The notes under the pieces: model-generated | The model's input: only the letters and a program-made list of their open reading frames with translations | Told to the model about the DNA's origin: nothing | The model's database searches: none | Shown here: piece by piece, positions 1-7,049 of the stretch | Position numbering within the stretch: position 1 is the first letter of the stretch | Layout of the letters: each line of letters begins with the position of its first letter | Program-made: the position numbers and the translations under genes | Assembly (NCBI GenBank): GCA_044345075.1 | Contig: JBIJBU010000002.1 | Location: 1-53,473 of the forward strand | Source of the DNA: Candidatus Nanopelagicales bacterium | GTDB taxonomy: Bacteria > Actinomycetota > Actinomycetes > S36-B12 | Length of the DNA stretch: 53,473 nucleotides | Reading direction: 5' to 3'

Positions 1-474
1 GGCAAAGATGCTGCCCGTCGTGTAGAACTTGCTGCCCGTGATCGTGTAGCCATCAGCGGTCTTCGTGAGGCGGGTCTTGGTATCGCCGAGCTTGACGTTG
101 CCGATCTCGGTGACGGCATTGCCGACCATGTCGCCGCTCGCAAACCGCGTGAGCCACTCATCGCGGGTTGAGCTTGACGGCCGATAGAGCTGATCCTCGA
201 CGAAGGCGATGTGACCGCGGAAGGCCTGTGGCACATGCGGGTCAACAGATGCCAGTTCCACGAGAAGCGCGAAAAGCTGCGGCAGCGTCGCTCCGTCTCC
301 GCCGAATTCTGTTGGTACGCGCACGGCGGTGAAGCCGGCCTCCTTGAGCCACCGCACGGGCTCATAGGGCAGCGTGCGTGTCAGCTCGCGATCAAGCAGC
401 CCGTCTCCGATGCGCTCGAAGATCGGACGGTACTTCGCGGCCAGGTCTGCGTAGGCCGGCGGGTTCGAGGTCAC
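1..474 (-). CDS. acyl-CoA dehydrogenase-fold flavin oxidoreductase, SfnB/DszC-like (5' part only; 3' end lies beyond window start)
   Basis: Not in the ORF track because no stop lies in the window. Hand translation of the minus strand from GTG at 474 gives VTSNPPAYADLAAKYRPIFERIGDGLLDRELTRTLPYEPVRWLKEAGFTAVRVPTEFGGDGATLPQLFALLVELASVDPHVPQAFRGH..., which looks like an ACAD N-terminal domain. It begins 9 nt downstream of the stop of the paralogue at 483. Confidence 0.6.
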   Translation of the reverse strand, partial: MTSNPPAYADLAAKYRPIFERIGDGLLDRELTRTLPYEPVRWLKEAGFTAVRVPTEFGGDGATLPQLFALLVELASVDPHVPQAFRGHIAFVEDQLYRPSSSTRDEWLTRFASGDMVGNAVTEIGNVKLGDTKTRLTKTADGYTITGSKFYTTGSIFA

Positions 475-482
475 TTCGACTC

Positions 483-1703
483 CTAGGTGTACAGCGAGAT
501 GGGCTGAACAGTGCCGGTGAGGTAGTGGGCGCCAACCTCGATCTTCTTGTAGTCGACCGGATCATGAAGGCTGTGCGTGCGGATGTTGCGCCAGTAGATA
601 TCCAGACCATTCGACATCTTCGTCGAGCTCGCGCCGGTCATTTCGAATACGCGGTTGGCAACGTCAAGGCCGACCTCAGTCGAGATGACCTTGAGTTGGG
701 CGACCTCGATCTCGATGCGAGCACGATCCTCGGCCGTGGTGCGCTCGGCGAGATTCACAATGGTGTCGTAGGAGCGATTGACTCGATCAGCGAGCGCCTC
801 TACGGCGACCGTGCGTGCAACGAGTTCGCCGAAAGCGCGATGAGTGATCGGATCATCGGCGTAGCGATCAACATTGGCCAGGAACCAGGCATTCGGACGG
901 GCAAGGGTGAGCACCTTCGCCTGCTCGAGAGCCCCCTCGGCGATGCCCAGATAGATATTGCCGAAGAGCAGCTGCACGCCCGGCGTGACGACGGAAGAGA
1001 ACGGCTCCTCCGTGTCGACACCGAAGATGTCGTCGCGCGTGAGCAGCACGTTCGTGTAGCGAATCGAGCCACTGGCAGATGCACGCTGCCCGAGGTGATC
1101 CCAATCATCGAGGTGCTCGATGCCCTCGGCCTTGGTGTTCACCGCGAAGATGACAAGCTCTCCGTCAAACTCGCCGCCGGTGGCGATGCCGCCTGCGATG
1201 ACAATGTCGGTGACAGAAGCTCCCGTCGCGAAGCGCTTGAGACCGCTCAGTCGGTAGCCGTCACCATCGGCGATGATGTCGAGATCAGGGCTCACGGGGT
1301 TGAAGGAGTCACTCCACATCCAGCGGTTCTCGGCAGTGCGACGCAGCCACTCGGCCTGCTTGACCGGGTCGGGCCCGTAGAAGACGACGCAGGCGAGATT
1401 GACGTAGTGGTAGCCGAGGATCTGCGCAATCGAGGCATCCGCGCGGGCCAGGATGCGCGTGACGAGGAAAGCCGTCTCCCAATGCGCGCCGTGTCCGCCG
1501 AGCTCAATCGGGATGAGCAGATTGCTCAGCCCCGATTCACGCAGCACGTCGAGGGCATCGAAGGGGCGCTCGCTGGTGCGATCGCGCTCAAGCGCTCCGA
1601 CAGCGATCGTGGCGCCCACCTCATGAGCGACCTTCGCCCAGCGCTCGATCTCATCCGCACTCGCATGGCCATGCCAGGGGCTGCGGGTGGTGGGTGCGGC
1701 CAT
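483..1703 (-). CDS. acyl-CoA dehydrogenase-fold flavin monooxygenase, SfnB/DszC-like sulfur-acquisition oxidoreductase
   Basis: 406-aa ORF with ACAD-type architecture (ESGLSNLLIPIELGG, GYRLSGLKRFATGAS, IYLGIAEGAL, TGASS...LDIYWRNIRTHSLHDP). GAGGAGAAG RBS sits before the ATG at 1703. Confidence 0.75.
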   Translation of the reverse strand: MAAPTTRSPWHGHASADEIERWAKVAHEVGATIAVGALERDRTSERPFDALDVLRESGLSNLLIPIELGGHGAHWETAFLVTRILARADASIAQILGYHYVNLACVVFYGPDPVKQAEWLRRTAENRWMWSDSFNPVSPDLDIIADGDGYRLSGLKRFATGASVTDIVIAGGIATGGEFDGELVIFAVNTKAEGIEHLDDWDHLGQRASASGSIRYTNVLLTRDDIFGVDTEEPFSSVVTPGVQLLFGNIYLGIAEGALEQAKVLTLARPNAWFLANVDRYADDPITHRAFGELVARTVAVEALADRVNRSYDTIVNLAERTTAEDRARIEIEVAQLKVISTEVGLDVANRVFEMTGASSTKMSNGLDIYWRNIRTHSLHDPVDYKKIEVGAHYLTGTVQPISLYT

Positions 1704-1811
1704 CAGTTCTTCTCCTCAACACTGCTCGGGAATCACTCAGGGTAGGGCACCTCACCTTCTCGTACTCTCCCCTTCCTCGCACTCGCACATAGTTCGCAAT
1801 TCACCCCTGAC

Positions 1812-1852
1812 ACACGAAGATGCCGGCACTCCCCACCATGGGGGAATGCCGG
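1812..1852 (-). terminator. intrinsic terminator downstream of ssb paralogue
   Basis: On the minus strand CCGGCATTCCCC-CATGGT-GGGGAGTGCCGG forms a 12-bp stem with one G.U pair (plus coordinates 1823-1852). It is followed by the T-rich CATCTTCGTGTGT, 15 nt after the stop at 1867. Confidence 0.5.
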
Positions 1853-1866
1853 GCTCCGCCCGCCTC

Positions 1867-2352
1867 TCAGGCGGCCTGGCCCTCCAGGATCTCACCGGTC
1901 TCGAGATCGACGGACTCCAGTTCTCCGGCCGAGGTCAGCACATCGGCGATCAGGCGCTCCTCACTCTCGACCACCGCATCACGCTTGACTCGGGTGAAGG
2001 TGGCAATGCCGCGGGCGAGATCTGGGCCGACCGCGATGGCCTCGATGTCGTGGTAGCGGACGATGTGCCCCTGTTCACCGCAGGGCCGCGGCACCTCACG
2101 ACTACGCAGGCGCCCGGTGACCACGACCGGCATGCCCTTCACGACTGATTGAACGACGTTATGCGCCATCCCGCGCCAGCAGGTCACCGAGAAGTAATGG
2201 GTATCGCCATCAACCCACTTATCCGTGGCTCGATCGAAACGACGGGTGCTCGTGGCAACCCGGAAGGACGCCACCGGGTCTCCGGCGGTGGTGAAGCGCA
2301 GCTCTACGTCGCGGACAACATTGCCGACAACGGTCATGGTGATGTCATTCAT
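1867..2352 (-). CDS. ssb: single-stranded DNA-binding protein paralogue lacking the acidic C-terminal tip
   Basis: OB-fold SSB signature MTVVGNVVRDVELRFTTAGDPVASFRVATSTRRFD...WVDGDTHYFSVTCWRGMAHNV..SVVKGMPVVVTGRL. Start set at MNDITMT (2352). The C-terminus ...ETGEILEGQAA has no Gly-rich linker and no DDPPF-type tail. Confidence 0.8.
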   Translation of the reverse strand: MNDITMTVVGNVVRDVELRFTTAGDPVASFRVATSTRRFDRATDKWVDGDTHYFSVTCWRGMAHNVVQSVVKGMPVVVTGRLRSREVPRPCGEQGHIVRYHDIEAIAVGPDLARGIATFTRVKRDAVVESEERLIADVLTSAGELESVDLETGEILEGQAA

Positions 2353-2436
2353 CGTCACTCCTCGATAGGTCGAAGCCATTCTTCGATTCCCCGAGACTCC
2401 AGCCATCGGCATCCAGGCAAAAGCGCTCCGTCACAT

Positions 2437-2544
2437 CTGTGGATGGGAGTGCACGCGCGCGCCGCCTGTGGATACCTGTTGCGAACGCTGTGCAGGTACG
2501 CAGCCGCCCCTGGACCCCCTTGCATCTCCTCATTAGATTTGATG
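2437..2544 (+). promoter_or_regulatory. candidate sirA promoter/operator region
   Basis: CTGTGGAT occurs twice (2437-2444, 2466-2473). TGGACC (2511-2516), a 17-nt spacer and TAGATT (2534-2539) fit a -35/-10 pair. TTAGATTTGATG recurs almost exactly upstream of the SsuD-like gene. Confidence 0.3.
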
Positions 2545-2597
2545 GACTGCTAGATCGACGGCGTTCACGCCACCAACGTTGCGCCATAAGGGATGAC

Positions 2598-4265
2598 ATG
2601 ACCGAGACCACCGCACGCCCGGCCAAGAACAACGGCCAGTGGGCAGTCGACGGCACCGACCCGCTGAATCCCAATGAGGAGATGAAGCAGGAGGCCGACG
2701 GCCTTTCCGTGCGTGCCCGCGTTGAGGAGATCTACTCCAAGGAGGGCTTCGATTCCATTCCGGGCTCTGACCTGCGCGGTCGCATGCGCTGGTGGGGTCT
2801 CTACACCCAGCGCAAGCCAGGTATCGACGGTGGCAAGACAGCCACGATGGAGCCGGAAGAGCTTGAGGACTCCTACTTCATGCTGCGCGTGCGCTCTGAC
2901 GGCGGTCGACTCACACTGGAGCAGCTGCGCACCATCGCCGACATCTCGGTTGAGTTCGGCCGCGATACCGCGGACATCACCGATCGTCAGAACATCCAGC
3001 TGCACTGGATTGCTGTCGAGGACGTTCCGGAGATCTGGCGTCGGCTCGAGGCCGTTGGACTGTCCTCGGCAGAGGCCTGCGGCGACGTTCCGCGAGTGAT
3101 CCTCGGCTCCCCCGTGGCCGGTGTTGCCGCCGACGAGCTCATTGACGGAACACCTGCGATCGAGGCCATCCTTGAGAGGTACCTGCTCGACCCGGCGTTC
3201 TCGAACCTGCCGCGCAAGTTCAAGTCGGCCGTCAGTGGCTCACCGCGCATGGACGTCGCGCACGAGATCAACGACATCTCCTTCCTCGGCGTTGTCCATC
3301 CCGAGCATGGCGTCGGTTTCGATGTGTGGGTCGGTGGCGGACTCTCGACGAATCCGCACCTCGCGGTGCGACTGGGCGCCTGGGTCCCGATCGAGGAAAT
3401 CCCCGACGTGTGGGCAGGCGTGGTCGGCATCTTCCGTGACTACGGATACCGACGCTTGCGCACCAAGGCACGCCTCAAGTTCCTCGTCTCCGATTGGGGA
3501 GCCGAGAAGTTCCGTCAGGTTCTCGAGACCGAGTACCTCGGTCGTCCTCTCCTCGACGGCCCGGCTCCCAGCCCTGCATCGGTCGACGAGCGCGATCATG
3601 TCGGCGTGTGGCCGCAGAACAACGGCCTGTTCTACGTGGGTGCAGCCCCGATCGTCGGCCGCATGAGTGGCTCGAAACTGAACGCGGTGGCTGACCTCGC
3701 CGAAGCAGCAGGCGCTGACCGCGTGCACCTGACCGCTCATCAAAAGCTCGTCGTCCTGAATGTGCCAGGCGACAAGGTCGATGCCCTCGTCGCCGGCCTC
3801 GCTGCGCTCGACCTTCGGGTCGGCGATGCGTCAAACTTCCGTCGCGGCACGATGGCCTGCACTGGCGTGGAGTATTGCAAGCTCGCGATGGTCGAGACCA
3901 AGGGCCGCGCCCGCGTACTCATCGGCGAGCTCGAGGCACGCATCCCCGAGTTCACCGAGCCGCTCGCAATTCACGTGAACGGCTGCCCGAACTCCTGCGC
4001 TCGCATTCAGGTGGCCGACATCGGCCTCAAGGGAATTCGCGCACTCGATGCCGACGGCAATGACGTCGAGGGATTCCAGGTCCACCTGGGCGGACGCATC
4101 GGTCAGGCCGCGAACTTCGGCCGAACCGTCAAGGGCCTGCGCCTGCCGGCCGAAGACCTGTCCGACTACGTCGTGCGCGTGACCTCGAATTTCACTGCCG
4201 AGCGCGTTGGCGACGAGTCGTTCAGCGAGTGGGCCCAGCGAGCAGACGAGGGATCACTGAAGTGA
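2598..4265 (+). CDS. sirA: ferredoxin-dependent sulfite reductase (NirA/SirA family, siroheme-[4Fe-4S])
   Basis: Nitrite/sulfite reductase repeats plus the cluster motifs MACTGVEYCKLA and NGCPNSCARIQVADIG. Start moved to ATG 2598 (MTETTARPAKNNG); the track ORF starts at 2439. Confidence 0.9.
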   Translation: MTETTARPAKNNGQWAVDGTDPLNPNEEMKQEADGLSVRARVEEIYSKEGFDSIPGSDLRGRMRWWGLYTQRKPGIDGGKTATMEPEELEDSYFMLRVRSDGGRLTLEQLRTIADISVEFGRDTADITDRQNIQLHWIAVEDVPEIWRRLEAVGLSSAEACGDVPRVILGSPVAGVAADELIDGTPAIEAILERYLLDPAFSNLPRKFKSAVSGSPRMDVAHEINDISFLGVVHPEHGVGFDVWVGGGLSTNPHLAVRLGAWVPIEEIPDVWAGVVGIFRDYGYRRLRTKARLKFLVSDWGAEKFRQVLETEYLGRPLLDGPAPSPASVDERDHVGVWPQNNGLFYVGAAPIVGRMSGSKLNAVADLAEAAGADRVHLTAHQKLVVLNVPGDKVDALVAGLAALDLRVGDASNFRRGTMACTGVEYCKLAMVETKGRARVLIGELEARIPEFTEPLAIHVNGCPNSCARIQVADIGLKGIRALDADGNDVEGFQVHLGGRIGQAANFGRTVKGLRLPAEDLSDYVVRVTSNFTAERVGDESFSEWAQRADEGSLK

Positions 4266-4984
4266 GCACCGCCACGCACGGCACCGCGATCCGGCGCTCG
4301 CCCGAGGAACTCCGCATCCTCGCGCGCTACGCCGCGGTCGACCTTGCCGGCGCCCAGGCTGCTGACATCATCCGCTGGACTTGGAACACCTTCGGCACCA
4401 AGGCGGTGCTGACCCAGTCCATGGCGAATACCGCCCTCGCCTATCTGATCAACCAGGTCGCGCCCGAGATCCCGGTCGTCTTCCTCGACACCGGCTACCA
4501 CTTCCCCGAGACCATCGAGACTCGCGATGCGCTTGCCTCGCGTACGAACCTGAACATCATCAGCGTGACACCGAGGCAGACCGTCGCCGAGCAGGATGCC
4601 GAATACGGTGTCAATCTCTGGGAGCGCAACCCTGACTTGTGCTGCAAGCTTCGCAAGGTCGAGCCGATGGAGAACCTCATCGAGGGCTACGAAGCCTGGA
4701 TCACCGGTATGCGCCACGAAACAGCGCCGCATCGAGCAGCTGTTCCTGTCGTCCAGTTCGACGAGTCGCGTGGGGTGCTGAAGATCGCCCCGATTCTTCA
4801 CTGGAGCGAGGCTCAGCTGCTGCGTTACACGATGGAGAACGACGTACCGGTGAACCCACTGATGTACGACGGTTACCCGTCGATCGGGTGCGGACCTTGC
4901 ACCAAGCGCGTTGATTTCGGTGACGACCCGCGCGCCGGCCGCTGGGCCGGGCAGGGCAAGAATGAGTGCGGGCTGCACACGTGA
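4262..4984 (+). CDS. cysH: adenosine 5'-phosphosulfate / PAPS reductase (Fe-S type)
   Basis: PAPS_reduct fold (VVFLDTGYHFPET, WITGMRHE), a CC pair (NPDLCCKLRKVEP) and C-terminal SIGCGPCT...KNECGLH typical of APS reductases. GTG 4262 overlaps the sirA stop (GTGA). Confidence 0.9.
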   Translation: MSTATHGTAIRRSPEELRILARYAAVDLAGAQAADIIRWTWNTFGTKAVLTQSMANTALAYLINQVAPEIPVVFLDTGYHFPETIETRDALASRTNLNIISVTPRQTVAEQDAEYGVNLWERNPDLCCKLRKVEPMENLIEGYEAWITGMRHETAPHRAAVPVVQFDESRGVLKIAPILHWSEAQLLRYTMENDVPVNPLMYDGYPSIGCGPCTKRVDFGDDPRAGRWAGQGKNECGLHT

Positions 4985-6183
4985 GTAACTACCCGCTCTC
5001 TCTCGACGTTGCCGGTAAGCCCGTGGTGGTGGTCGGCGCAGGCGCCGTCGCCGCACGTCGGGCTCGCGGTCTTGTCGAGGCCGGGGCACTCGTCACCGTC
5101 ATCTCGCCCGCGATCAGTGAGGCGATGCGCGAACTCGGCGATGCCGTCCACCTCGTGGAGCGCGAGTATCTCGACGGCGATCTCGCGGATGCCTGGCTCG
5201 CGCATGCCGCAACAGACAACCCGGTGGTCAACGCCGCAGTGGCTGCCGAAGCGCAGGCCAATCGCGTGTGGTGCGTTCGCGCCGACGACCACGGAGCCTC
5301 CGATGCCTGGACTCCCGCGTCGACAACGGTCGATGACGTCACCATCGCGGTTACCTCTGCTGACCCCAGGCGCTCAGTCGCACTTCGCAGCAGCATTGCG
5401 GCGCAGCTTCGTTCCGGTGATCTGCCCGTGAAGGCCCGCCGCGCTCACGATGGTCACGTCGTGCTCATCGGTGGAGGTCCGGGCGACGCCGATCTCATCA
5501 CGGTGCGCGGGCGACGCGAGCTCAATAAGGCCGATGTCGTGATCTACGACCGACTCGCGCCACTCGAACTGCTCGCCTCACTCGATGACGATGTCGAGTT
5601 GATCGATGCCGGCAAGCAGCCCACTCATCACATCCTCAAGCAGGAGGAGATCAACGCACTCCTCATCGATCGGGCGCGTGCAGGCAAGCGAGTCGCACGC
5701 CTGAAGGGCGGCGACCCGTTCGTGCTGGGCCGCGGCTCCGAGGAAATGCTCGCCTGCATCGAGGCCGGTGTCACAGTCGAAGTAATCCCCGGTGTGACGA
5801 GTGCGATCAGTGCACCGCTTGCGGCGGGCATTCCGGTCACCCATCGCGGAGTGACAACCGGCTTCATTGTCATGAGCGGACACGAGATCGGTGATCTCGA
5901 GCTTGCCGCGAAGTCTGATCTCACTCTTGTTGTCCTGATGGGAGTCGGTCGCCTGGCCGCACTCGTCGACGGTCTCGTTGACGGTGGCAAGTCGCCGAGC
6001 ACTCCAATCGCGATCATCGAGCGCGCCTATGCACCTGATCAACGCGTGACCGTCAGCTCTCTTGAATCCATCGTGGAGATCGCAGCAGCCGAGCAGATCG
6101 CGAATCCGGCGATCATCGTGGTGGGCGATGTCGTGTCGGTGCCCACCTGGCTGACCGCCAGTGTGCTCGCCACCCACGCCTGA
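4981..6183 (+). CDS. cysG: siroheme synthase-like fusion: precorrin-2 dehydrogenase (SirC/Met8-like) N-domain + uroporphyrinogen-III C-methyltransferase
   Basis: N-terminal Rossmann motif VVVVGAGAVAARRA. C-terminal SUMT motifs VVLIGGGPGDADLITVRG, VARLKGGDPFVLGRG, EVIPGVTSA. GTG 4981 overlaps the cysH stop (GTGA). Confidence 0.85.
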   Translation: MSNYPLSLDVAGKPVVVVGAGAVAARRARGLVEAGALVTVISPAISEAMRELGDAVHLVEREYLDGDLADAWLAHAATDNPVVNAAVAAEAQANRVWCVRADDHGASDAWTPASTTVDDVTIAVTSADPRRSVALRSSIAAQLRSGDLPVKARRAHDGHVVLIGGGPGDADLITVRGRRELNKADVVIYDRLAPLELLASLDDDVELIDAGKQPTHHILKQEEINALLIDRARAGKRVARLKGGDPFVLGRGSEEMLACIEAGVTVEVIPGVTSAISAPLAAGIPVTHRGVTTGFIVMSGHEIGDLELAAKSDLTLVVLMGVGRLAALVDGLVDGGKSPSTPIAIIERAYAPDQRVTVSSLESIVEIAAAEQIANPAIIVVGDVVSVPTWLTASVLATHA

Positions 6184-6197
6184 ACTACCGTGCCTTC

Positions 6198-6872
6198 ATG
6201 AGCGCCGTTATCTTGCTGGGCCACGGCAGTCCCGATCCGCGTGCAGGTATCGGAGCTGCGGCGCTGGCCGGTCGGGTGGCTGACCTGCTCCCCGATGATG
6301 AGATTCGCCTCGCCTTTCTCGACAACACAGCGCCGACGCTCACGGAAGCCGCACTGACAGTCGCCGCCCATGCCGACATCACTGTCGTTCCCGTGTTCTT
6401 AAGTCGGGCGTATCACGTGAAGGTCGACGTACCGGCAGAGGTCGCGAAGGCAAGCGTTGCTATCAATCGTGAGATCACGATTACTGACCCGATCGGCCCG
6501 GACCCGCTCCTGCTCGGCCCTCTCGATGCGCAACTGCCACCGGACGCGCCGGTGGTGCTCGCTACCGCGGGCACGAGCGATCTCGAAGCCCAGGCTGCCT
6601 TCGACGCACTCGCTGCTGCATGGTCGGCGCGCCGAGGCACCCCTGTGCTCGTGGCCTACGCCTCTCAGGCCCAGCCCGATATTGCGACTGCCATCACGCA
6701 GGTCGAGTCAGTCGGCGAACTCAAGGCCGCGATCGCGCGATTCCTGTTGTTTGACGGCGTGTTCCCCGATCGAATCAAGGCCACAGCCGGCGATCGAGCG
6801 ATTAGTTCAGTGCTGGGCGATGAGCCGCTCCTTGCAGAGATCATCGCCGATCGCGTGCTCGCTACGCGCTGA
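6198..6872 (+). CDS. cbiX: sirohydrochlorin chelatase (CbiX/SirB family)
   Basis: MSAVILLGHGSPDPRAG... and a second half-domain VVLATAGTSD, the typical two-lobed CbiX layout. It follows cysG. Confidence 0.8.
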   Translation: MSAVILLGHGSPDPRAGIGAAALAGRVADLLPDDEIRLAFLDNTAPTLTEAALTVAAHADITVVPVFLSRAYHVKVDVPAEVAKASVAINREITITDPIGPDPLLLGPLDAQLPPDAPVVLATAGTSDLEAQAAFDALAAAWSARRGTPVLVAYASQAQPDIATAITQVESVGELKAAIARFLLFDGVFPDRIKATAGDRAISSVLGDEPLLAEIIADRVLATR

Positions 6873-6963
6873 GAATCCCCACCACCGCAGCATCCGCAGT
6901 GGTGCTGCCGGCACAGATCACCGCGATGCTCGCCGGTACGACCACGAAGTGAGCAAGTGCACG
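6800..6963. repeat. direct repeat copy A (cbiX 3' end + degraded hemD 3' end), partner at 8222-8448
   Basis: Hand alignment: 6806-6873 versus 8229-8296 shows 10 mismatches in 68 nt. 6889-6960 versus 8378-8449 shows about 10 mismatches in 72 nt. Copy A lacks about 60 nt that copy B has between the two blocks. Confidence 0.75.
6862..6963 (-). pseudogene. relic of hemD 3' end (C-terminal about 32 codons, internally deleted)
   Basis: The minus-strand frame reads ALAHFVVVPASIAVICAGSTTADAAVVGILSA*. Intact HemD has ALVHFVAVPESIPVICAGSTTADAARELGIVVAAV...KVLNA*. The relic overlaps the cbiX stop by 11 nt, exactly as intact hemD overlaps the cbiX relic at 8286-8296. Confidence 0.6.
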
Positions 6964-6965
6964 AC

Positions 6966-7008
6966 CCCTGTGGACGCCTCCACGAGGCTCGTGGAGGCTT
7001 CCACAGGG
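6966..7008. repeat. near-perfect 43-nt palindrome (21-bp arms, one mismatch)
   Basis: CCCTGTGGACGCCTCCACGAG-G-CTCGTGGAGGCTTCCACAGGG. It starts 3 nt after the end of repeat copy A and ends 42 nt before the SsuD-like start codon. Confidence 0.85.
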
Positions 7009-7032
7009 CGCGTGCACCTGTTAGATTTCATG
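6999..7032 (+). promoter_or_regulatory. candidate promoter of the SsuD-like gene
   Basis: TTCCAC (6999-7004, inside the right palindrome arm), a 17-nt spacer and TAGATT (7022-7027). TTAGATTTCATG matches the sirA upstream TTAGATTTGATG at 11 of 12 positions. Confidence 0.3.
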
Positions 7033-7049
7033 CGCGCTCCCTTCTGCCG

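Noticed and set aside
378-1745. 455-aa ORF on the plus strand
   Set aside because: It lies entirely antisense to the well-supported ACAD-fold gene at 483-1703. Its Arg/Ala/Gly/Asp-rich composition has no recognisable motif. This is a typical open shadow frame in high-GC DNA.
4166-5089. 307-aa minus-strand ORF
   Set aside because: It is antisense to cysH and the sirA/cysG ends. It is Arg-rich with no motif.
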